DNA from: Octopus sinensis
Taxonomy: Eukaryota
Length of the DNA stretch: 64,000 nt
NCBI RefSeq assembly: GCF_006345805.1
Contig: NC_043014.1
Coordinates: 29,264,001 to 29,328,000 of the forward strand
Direction of reading: 5' to 3'
Shown here: piece by piece, positions 55,414 to 64,000 of the stretch
Layout: each line of letters opens with the position of its first letter
Numbering within the stretch: the first letter of the stretch is position 1
The notes under the pieces: generated by a model
The model's input: the letters and a program-made list of their open reading frames with translations, nothing else
Databases searched by the model: none
Told to the model about the DNA's origin: nothing
Position numbers and translations under genes: made by a program

Positions 55414-55929
55414 TAATCTATTATATGATGTGTATGTACAGTTCAGTGAGATTCGGGTAGAAAATGTATGTGTATGTATGAGTTGCAGCTTGCTTTTGTT
55501 ATACTAAGTTAGAACGAGACAATTTCAAATAGAGTTTATTTTTCTGCTGATGAAAACACGATTCACACATAGTGGATGATACATCTGAATGTGCATACAT
55601 ATGCATATTAACAGATACATATACGACACATAAATATATACATGAATGCATACATACATGTATACATGCATACATATATACATACATACATGCATGCATA
55701 CATACATACATATGTGCTAGAGTGCGTCAGAATGAAAGAAAAAGGAGAGGGAGAGACAGGAAAATAAGCTAATGTCCGAGTGACTGCAAAAATATACATG
55801 TATGTGACTACACACACCTTGAATTGTTTTCTGTGTTCAATTGTTTATGCTACGTAGAATGCATTTAGTACATTAGTAACTCTCCTACGAATATACTTCC
55901 TGCATTTAAAATATATATATGTATGTATA

Positions 55930-56304
55930 GGCGCAGGAGTGGCTGTGTGGTAAGTAGCTTGTTTACCAACCACATGGTTCCGGGTTCAGTCGTGGCACCT
56001 TGGGCAAGTGTCTTCTACTATAGCCTCGGGCCGACCAAAGCCTTGTGACAGGATTTGGTAGACAGAAACTGAAAGAATATGTATATGTATGTGTGTGTGT
56101 TTGTGTGTCTGTGTTTGTCCCTCTTGACAACCGATGCTGGTGTGTTTATGTTCCCGTCACTTAGCGATTCGGCAAAAGAGACCGATAGAATAAGTACTGG
56201 GCTTACAAAGAATAAGTCCCGGGGTCGAGTTGCTCGATTAAAGGCGGTGCTCCAGCATGGCAGCAGTCAAATGACTGAAACAAGTAAAAGAGAGTAAAAG
56301 AGAG
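55930..56304 (+). mobile_element. SINE family A, full length with small deletions
   Basis: Head and tail intact. Confidence 0.95.
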
Positions 56305-56350
56305 ATATATGTACATGTGTGTGAGTGAATGTGTATAAGTGAATGTGAGT

Positions 56351-56741
56351 GGAGTCGCAATGGCCCAGTGGTTAGGGCAGCGGACTCGCGGTCATAGGAT
56401 CGCGGTTTCGATTCCCAGACCGGTCGTTGTGAGTGTTTATTGAGCGAAAACACCTAAAAGCTCCACGAGGCTTCGGCAGGGGATGGTGGTGATCCCTGCT
56501 GTACTCTTTCACCACAACTTTCTCACTCTTACTTCCTGTTTCTGTTGTACCTGTACTTCAAAGGGCTGGCCTTGTCACTCTCTGTGTCACGCTGAATATC
56601 CCCGAGAACTACGTTAAGGGTACACGTGTCTGTGGAGTGCTCAGCCACTTACACGTTAATTTCACGAGCAGGCTGTTCCGTTTATTCGGATAAACCGGAA
56701 CCCTCGTCGTCGTAACCGACGGAGTGCTTCCATTTCATTCC
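56351..56741 (+). mobile_element. SINE family B, tail type 1, full length
   Basis: TSD ataagtgaatgtg at 56335-56347 and 56742-56754. Confidence 0.95.
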
Positions 56742-57071
56742 ATAAGTGAATGTGTGTGAATGTGTGCATGTTTATGAAACAAAAAACATGAGAGGTTACA
56801 CAGTCCTAGTATGTTTCATTAACATAACATGACTATCAGTTATACGATGTAAATTACATTATCAAGACTCTTTGTATAATCGTTAGAAATGAATAACTTT
56901 TGTACGTAATATTATTGGATTGAAATGCTGTTGACAAAATTCTCCATCACCGACATGGTAGGTAACAGCATTTTATTAATTTGAGGATACATTTTACGTT
57001 TATTGTCAGATGGGGGAAACTTGTTTACAACAGAACAGACACAGTGGGAAACAAACAGATGATAAAATGTT

Positions 57072-57235
57072 GGCATGGGTGTGTGGTAAAACAGTTTGCT
57101 TCCCAACAATATGGTTCCGGATTCAGTTCTACTGCATGGCACTTAGGACAAGTGTCTTCTACTACAGCTTTGGGCCGACCAAAGCCTTGTGAGTAGATCT
57201 GGTTGACAGTGACTCAAAGAAACCCTTCGTGTATA
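57072..57235 (+). mobile_element. Old SINE A 5' half
   Basis: gggccgaccaaagccttgtgag and a diverged head. Confidence 0.8.
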
Positions 57236-57240
57236 TATAT

Positions 57241-57560
57241 ACTAGCAGCTAAGTCCGGTTTCATCCAGTCGGTTTGGATGATGTGGCTGTAAAATCCGCT
57301 GTGTGTAAGCTTTCGACTTGTTTGGACATGCTTACATTAAAAAACAATTTTAGAATGACTTTTTTCTGTCAAAACGCTAAAAATAACTAACCCCCCCTCC
57401 CTCCAAAAAGAAACAACCAAGATTCAACCAAATCAAAAAATAAACCCAAATACTAAGTGAACAAAGATGAACCATCCCACTTCCATTGCACACGCACACA
57501 CAAACACACTCGCACACACACACATTTTTCATTCATAAACACAAGAGTATTATTATAGTA
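57241..57560 (+). mobile_element. Possible non-autonomous Helitron-like element
   Basis: The start actagcagctaagtccggtttcatccag resembles other ACTAG-initiated HINE ends; (CA)n near the 3' end. Confidence 0.4.
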
Positions 57561-57712
57561 GATTATCTCAGTAACCATGGGAGCTATGAAAAGTATACGA
57601 AGCCCAGCATCACTATCGGATCATTCTACACATCTGTGTAACTTTTCGCGCAATTCCACCCAGCCGTTTGATCGTGAATCCCAAGACTAGAAGGAATCGC
57701 CCATGTCAAATT

Positions 57713-57744
<32 letters not shown>

Positions 57745-57746
57745 TT

Positions 57747-57803
<57 letters not shown>

Positions 57804-57904
57804 CAGTTCTCTATTTAAGAGATGAGGAATTACGTACATTATTTACATTATTACATTTTTTACATCATTTACATTTGACGGATATTTGTCCTCATCTTGT
57901 TGTT

Positions 57905-57950
57905 AACGCAACGTTTCGGCTGATATACTCTCCAGCCTTCATCAGGTGTC
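57905..57950 (-). ncRNA. Minimal type I hammerhead ribozyme motif (Penelope type)
   Basis: Minus strand: gacac-CUGAUGA-a-ggcug[10 nt]cagcc-GAAA-CGU-U-gcguu; core intact, one stem I mismatch. Activity not shown. Confidence 0.7.
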
Positions 57951-58003
57951 TTGGGGACATTTCGAACCCGGGTTCTCATTCCTATGGTTGGAACATTTCC
58001 CAG

Positions 58004-58049
58004 GACACCTGATGAAGGCTGGAGGGTATGTCAGCCGAAACGGTGTGTT
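58004..58049 (+). ncRNA. Minimal type I hammerhead ribozyme motif, U16.1 mutated to G
   Basis: gacac-CUGAUGA-a-ggcug[10 nt]cagcc-GAAA-CGG-U-guguu; stem I gacac/guguu intact. Confidence 0.6.
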
Positions 58050-58119
58050 AACAACAAACAAGATGAGGACAAATATCCGTCAAATGTAAATAATGTAAAT
58101 AATATTTATTTATTTATGT

Positions 58120-58272
58120 CTTTGTCTGTGCTCGTCCCCCATCACCGTTTTCCAACCGGTGTTAGTGTGCTTACGTCCCCGAATCTTAGCGGTTCATCAA
58201 AAGGGTACTAGGCTTAAGAAATAAGTCCTGGGGTCGATATGTTCGACTAAAACCCTTCAAGGCAGTGCTGCA
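58120..58272 (+). mobile_element. Old SINE A 3' half
   Basis: aaccggtgttagtgtgcttacgtcccc..aataagtcctggggtcgatatgttcgactaaaaccc. Confidence 0.8.
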
Positions 58273-58274
58273 GC

Positions 58275-58688
58275 TTGGGTACGTTTTGAGCTCAAATTCC
58301 GCCGAAGTCGACTTTGCCTTTCATCATTTCGAGGTCGATAAATTAAGTACCAGTTGAAAACTGGGGTCGATGTAATCGATTCAGTTCCTGCCCTTAAATT
58401 TCAGGCCTTGTACCTATAGTAGAAAAGATTATTATTATTATTATTATTATTAATATTATTATTATTATTATTATTATTAGGTGACCTGGCAGAATCCTTT
58501 GCGCGCTCGACGAAATGCTTAGCGGCATTTCGCCCGTCGCTACGTTCTGGGTTCAAATTCCACCGATGTCGACTTTCCGTTTCGTCCTTTCGCGATCGAT
58601 AAATTAAGTGCTAGTGAAACACTGGAGTTGATATAGTCGACAAGTACTCTCGTCCAAAATTTCAGATTTTTTGCCTTTAGTAGAAAGG

Positions 58689-58722
<34 letters not shown>

Positions 58723-58936
58723 TATTAGGTGACCTGGCAGAATCCTTTGCGCGCTCGACGAAATGCTTAGCGGCATTTCGCCCGTCGCTACGTTCTGGGT
58801 TCAAATTCCACCGATGTCGACTTTCCGTTTCGTCCTTTCGCGATCGATAAATTAAGTGCTAGTGAAACACTGGAGTTGATATAGTCGACAAGTACTCTCG
58901 TCCAAAATTTCAGATTTTTTGCCTTTAGTAGAAAGG

Positions 58937-58940
<4 letters not shown>
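58275..58940 (+). mobile_element. Three SINE D units separated by (ATT)n; the last two are an exact 248-bp-period duplication
   Basis: ggtgacctggcagaatcc...ttagtagaaagg starts at 58480 and 58728 with no visible differences. Confidence 0.9.
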
Positions 58941-59001
<61 letters not shown>

Positions 59002-61004
59002 AAAGTCTGGAAATTTTGCAATTCCAAGAATTTGAACAAATTAGTGGAATTTATCTAAATTAAAAAGAACGCTTACTGCGCAATTGGTGCGACAATAGAA
59101 AGTGGTCTGTTCTGTTGCAATCCCTTTACGAGGTCGAATTTGTTGGAAAAAATTTCGAAATTTATCTAAAAAATCCAACAACATGACGTCAAAAATCACA
59201 ACTAACGTGGAAGAGATGAAGGTGAGAGGAGAGCAAGGGGGGAAATGTTGAAAAAAGAATGCTTTCTTTGGTGGAATGGAAGAAAGGGTGGCAGATGAGG
59301 CTTAGCTTCTCCAGCATTGAAAGTATTAAAGACAGAAAAAAATAACATTCAACAACAAAAATATAGCAATCATCCCCACCCTAACAACAACACCAACAAC
59401 AAGAGCAGCGACAATGTATAAGCAGCCGTACAATAGCAATAACAACACGTCCACGTCATCCTCACCGGTAACTTCACGTTTGCTGTTGAAATGTGCACAA
59501 CAGAAATGACCGATGGGACTACTAGCTCGGCCATTATTGTTACAAGCGCTTGTGGTAGTGGCAGTGGAAATAGAAGTAGAAGCAGTAACAGCAGCAGCAG
59601 CAGCAGCAGGAGCAGCTGTAGCCGTAGTAGTGTCAACAACATGGAGAACTCGTTTTACCGTCGCTCTCGCCAGAAGTGAGTTGCAGCGCAGGAGAAAAGC
59701 TACTATCACGACCGTATCAGCACCGTTAGTAATAACTATATTAACAACACCTTCACCACCATCAAAAGCAACGTTTCTCTACTACCGTCACCACCAACAA
59801 GAAACCAAACTGCTTCGCATGAGTAAAGATTTTAGGGCAGTGAATTTACTCGCAAACAAAGAATCCGACAAGCAAAAATAAAAGGCTTGTATTGTTTGGC
59901 CTCACGTATTAACCCCGCCAGAAGTTTAAAAAAATGGATAAGAGAAATATTGACAAAAAAGAAAAAAGAAAGCCACCTCACACAAATGCATTGATAGGAA
60001 AATTAAACGAATAGAAAATCCCAGTCCAGTGCAAATCAAATATGTTCTCAGGATGTATTAGCGCGGATATGGCACGTAAACAAAGGATGGAAGTATGAGA
60101 ATGTGCGAGCTTTCTGCATTAATGAAGACCGGGTGAAAAGGCTTTCAACCATTACTTGCTCCTCCGACGAGTGAATGCAACTTTCGTCCTCTACGAGTTG
60201 ACAAGTTACAAATGTGTCACTTAGTGATGTGCCACTGGACATAAACAATATTATGGCAATGATATTGGAAGAGCTGGGGAAGTTGTCGACTCTTAATTTT
60301 CAACCAGATATTTAGACAGAGGTGATGATGCTACTCACTCCTACGAACTCATTTATTAAAAAGGAGGGGTATGATAGAAGACAAGAATAGAAGAGCAAGG
60401 CATTACGTACGTATTAAAACCGACCACCAGGGGGTTTACTGTACAGTCTTTAAGTAAGGGAAAAAAGACGAAACACTATATCTGCCAACACACCAGCAGT
60501 AGCAGAATCCCCATCAGCAATAACATTGAGAATGGTAGTAACACTTCAGACCAATAAAAAATATCAGTGAAAAAGGACCCACAAGCCCATTGCAATGGAA
60601 AAGGGGAAAATAAATGATGGCCGTCTAAATTTGAAACTCAGAAGGATTAACGAGATTTGAGAGAAAAACCACCCACCGGCCTTTCACATAACAGCAGCAT
60701 CAACTAAGCCCGTAACCATAATACCAATACAAAAATCAGCAGTTACACAGTTCTGCGATGGTTTTGTGATTTTGCGGGGTTGCAAAGACTCTCAAGTCTG
60801 TACAGACCTCTCCTGATCGCATATCGTTTCCCATCACTTTAACACGTCACTTCATATTGCGTCATAAGAGCGACGACGTGCTGGGGATCAATTATACTAC
60901 CATGCCCAATCACTCTTGTGTTGTGTGGACCAATGTCCTTTAGTACAATTGTCCGAGTGAGTGCGGATCATGGCACTTCAGCATGTTCCTTGGTTTTGTT
61001 CTAG

Positions 61005-61070
61005 TTCCGAAAATCAGCCAGATGATACAGTACAATTTGCCTCGTTCAGTAGACAAAATACTGTTCATCG
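61005..61070 (+). other. Candidate 66-nt internal exon of an unknown gene or ncRNA
   Basis: Acceptor ttggttttgttctAG, donor cg|GTGAGT; two open phases (PKISQMIQYNLPRSVDKILFI or SENQPDDTVQFASFSRQNTVH). No homology recognised. Confidence 0.3.
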
Positions 61071-61409
61071 GTGAGTGCCTAATTCAATTCTTTTTAACAT
61101 GGCACTCAAAAAGGTGGTCCTGTTTTCGTGAGACATAAGCGCGTTAACTCTCTCTGTTCTTGGAGAAATGGCTTGGGGCAAAAGGTGAGAGGTTTTTGAA
61201 ATTTAGATCTCCCAAGCTTGTGTCTGTAATAGGAATCTGTTCATGTCCAAAATGTCAACCGTTATAATTGCGAACTTCTGTGCGTGGGCATCTGTCAGTA
61301 ACCGCCGAGGCTGTTGTTTTTATTATCATTATACGAGTCTGTAAATTGCAATATGCGTCAGAATCGCTAACTACATTATTATTTTTTTTATACTTATATT
61401 TTCATTCAG

Positions 61410-61610
61410 TCGGTGAGCTGACGGAATCGTTAGCACACTGGGCAAAGCGTCTAGCGACATTCCATTCGTTTTTACGTTCTGAGTTCAAATTCCGACGTGG
61501 TTGACTTAGCCTTTTGGCATCGATAAAATAAGTACCAGTAAATCATTGGGGTGGACGTAATCGACTTACCCCTACCCCTAGTTTACTGGTCTTGAGATCA
61601 AATTTGAAAG
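61410..61610 (+). mobile_element. SINE family D
   Basis: cggtgagctgacggaatcgttagcac..gagttcaaattcc..cgataaaataagtaccag. Confidence 0.85.
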
Positions 61611-62155
61611 CAACATTTATATTTTCATTTATCGTCCCCTTACTTGAATATCCTCAAGAAGAGACTACGCAGAGTGTTCTCATCAATGCCCAGTGTCTCT
61701 TCCTAACCATCGTTGTTCATACTCTCCATTAACCCCCAGTAGATTGCAAATGTCATTTTCCTGCTGACAGCAGTATACAGATTGTAGAGTGTTGTAAGTG
61801 CCCAGAAACATTCTAGAACTCAAATGCCCAAACTCAGTCTACATTTAACGCATAATTACAACTCGGTAAAAGAGACAAGCTGCAGAAATACACAGAGCAA
61901 AAAAGACGGCCGCACTAGTTCGTCGTTTTTGTCGTCATCGTAATTCAGACATGAGTAGATGCGTCATCTCCACTACGTGCCTGCACATCATCAGGGACGA
62001 CATTTTGAGACCATCAGAGAGAGTTGGCAGCAGATGTGTTTCCTGACTAGCGGAACCTATCCCTTCGATAAAAAGTAGAAAAACATACGCTCCGGTCTTG
62101 TCAGGTGTTTAGTGGAACAAGGTACGACAGTGAGACCCGATACACTGCAAGGTCC

Positions 62156-62208
<53 letters not shown>

Positions 62209-62213
62209 ATAGT

Positions 62214-62294
<81 letters not shown>

Positions 62295-64000
62295 TTTGTA
62301 ATTTAAGCACCAGGTCAACAGTTTTAAAGGATTGGGTTTAGTCGAGTCGTCGAACTCAGTATCTGACAAGTACTTCATTTTACCGGCACAGAAATGCAAT
62401 AATTGATATCGCCGGTGTTTGAAAATATTCTTTCAAACATTTTAAACATTTCGCCAGCTCTCTGTCCTTTATTTAATGCTTTCTAATTTTGAAACAAAGC
62501 CAGCACTTTTCAGCGGACAGGGTTTGTTGATATCTAATTCTGTATTTCACTGGTACTTAGTCTTATCAACCTCGATGGGAGCAGTTTTTTCCGACATTTT
62601 AAGGATACGGCTAATCCACCTGAAATATGGGAATGGATTAGATGATATCATCGAGCCCCCTGATGCTTTCACTATCCTGCTATCTTGCCATCTCAGCAAT
62701 CTGTGTTTTCAGGATGTGTCTTCATTTCATTCTATTATTGTTTTCCCAGCAATCTGTCCTTCGCCTGCTTCATATATTCCCACTGCAACTGTGCCTCAGT
62801 TATATTTACACCACTGTTAAATCTTTTGCTCTACAGATGTGTGATTCTGTTTTTAGTATGTTTTTGGTTTGATCTTCGAAGGGCGGCAAATCTCAGTCCA
62901 TCACCTTCCTCGTCATTGATATCTCCAGTACTTTGACGAACGTGGGGTATTTATATTTGTTGTTTATTTTTATTGTTATTTTTTGTGACAGCTGCTTCTT
63001 CTCACTGACTTCAATAATCTTTTTTTTTTCAACTACTAATTTATGTATTAATTAATTTCATCTGATAAATCAAACTAATGAATGTAATTATATTTATCAA
63101 ATAGAATGTTCAATTAATCTTTATTATTGGATGTTAATTCTGAAGTAAACTGCTGCCTTTATGTTACAAGGTTTTGACAATTTTATTCAATTATATACAT
63201 GAGTTTATGAGTTTACCATGCGTAATCCGAAACGGATTAATATTTTACTGATGTAATTTTATGAATGTTTTTGTGTCTGTGTCATCTTCCTAATTATCCA
63301 TCGGTTTACACAATTACCACGTTTTAAGTGCTGCGTTGAGCAATCTCCTAAGAATAGATCAAATATTTCTGTAAAATCAAATTTCTCATTTTCAACGAGT
63401 TTATAAAAGTTCATTAATAACAGTAGAGTTCTTTTGGGTTTTTTTTTTCAGAATATTAGGTTAATATATTGAGAGTGTATAAAGATTGTATTTATTTTTG
63501 AAAACTTTATTAGTAATTGCACAATTGCTACCAGTGCTACAAACTATGTCAATGAACCATAATCAAGTGTCGTCATAATCTTAGCTTATTTTTTTCTTAA
63601 TGTTGTACGTATAAAACGGACCAAAATGATACTATATCTATAACAACTGAGACTCTTGTTACATTTTCCTTTATATTACTACCGAGTCTCAAATATAACT
63701 TCATAATATGCTATTTTCCTAACTATTTTAGTGGACTTTAAAACTACTTTGTAGTTTCATTTCGAGCGAACTTTATATAAATTTTATTCTCTACCATTTA
63801 CAAGCGAATTCTGCCTATTTTCTGAGATTTACGATTAGTTTATAATGTAACATTTAATGCCAAACGTATTAAATTCATAGGTTCATATCCAGTTTGCTCT
63901 TTTTCTTCTCTCTCTCTTTCTTTCTAGCTCGTTATAGTGATTCACACAAAATCTGTTGCAGTTTGTGTAATATTTGTTTTCAACGTGCAACTTTATTGTC

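Larger units (their letters stand above)
57804..58103. mobile_element. Family H element in inverted head-to-head arrangement (two 5'-truncated copies)
   Basis: Minus copy 57804-57988 and plus copy ~57988-58103 are reverse complements of each other and homologous to 32500-32664. Confidence 0.9.

Noticed and set aside
56922-56975. Small hairpin aaatgctgtt...aacagcattt as a pre-miRNA
   Set aside because: Only ~10 contiguous bp; the rest pairs poorly.
59326-59881. Overlapping Ser/Ala/Leu-rich ORFs
   Set aside because: Low-complexity (CAG/TAG)-derived sequence open on both strands, with no domain.

Overview
This is a eukaryotic, AT-rich window dominated by microsatellites and transposon relics. 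I could not confidently identify any host protein-coding gene, and it looks intergenic or deep-intronic. The repeat repertoire suggests an octopus or other coleoid cephalopod genome (inference). Nearly all supplied ORFs are microsatellite translations. The real coding remnants are decayed transposon genes: a Penelope-like RT, four mariner elements, a Tc1-like end, a Chapaev3-like transposase, three R4/Dong-clade LINE pieces, RTE LINE pieces and a Helitron helicase C-terminus. At least four tRNA-headed SINE families (my labels A, B, C, D) occur in many copies, several with clean target-site duplications, swapped 3' tails and nested insertions. The most notable signal is a set of minimal type I hammerhead ribozyme motifs of the Penelope type (CUGAUGA-stem II-GAAA-CGU-H with a palindromic ACGU stem III). 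One degenerate copy sits at the 3' end of a tRNA-headed SINE-like element (32.4 kb), a near-intact pair lies in inverted orientation at 57.9-58.0 kb, and variant cores occur in a second family (12.0, 15.8, 41.1 kb). Other notable items are a Helitron helicase fragment enclosed by ~100-bp inverted repeats, two mariner derivatives whose 5' end is duplicated as a long TIR, and many fold-back elements. Family labels are mine and coordinates are hand-read, so boundaries are approximate. Many single-base indels in repeats suggest residual long-read errors.
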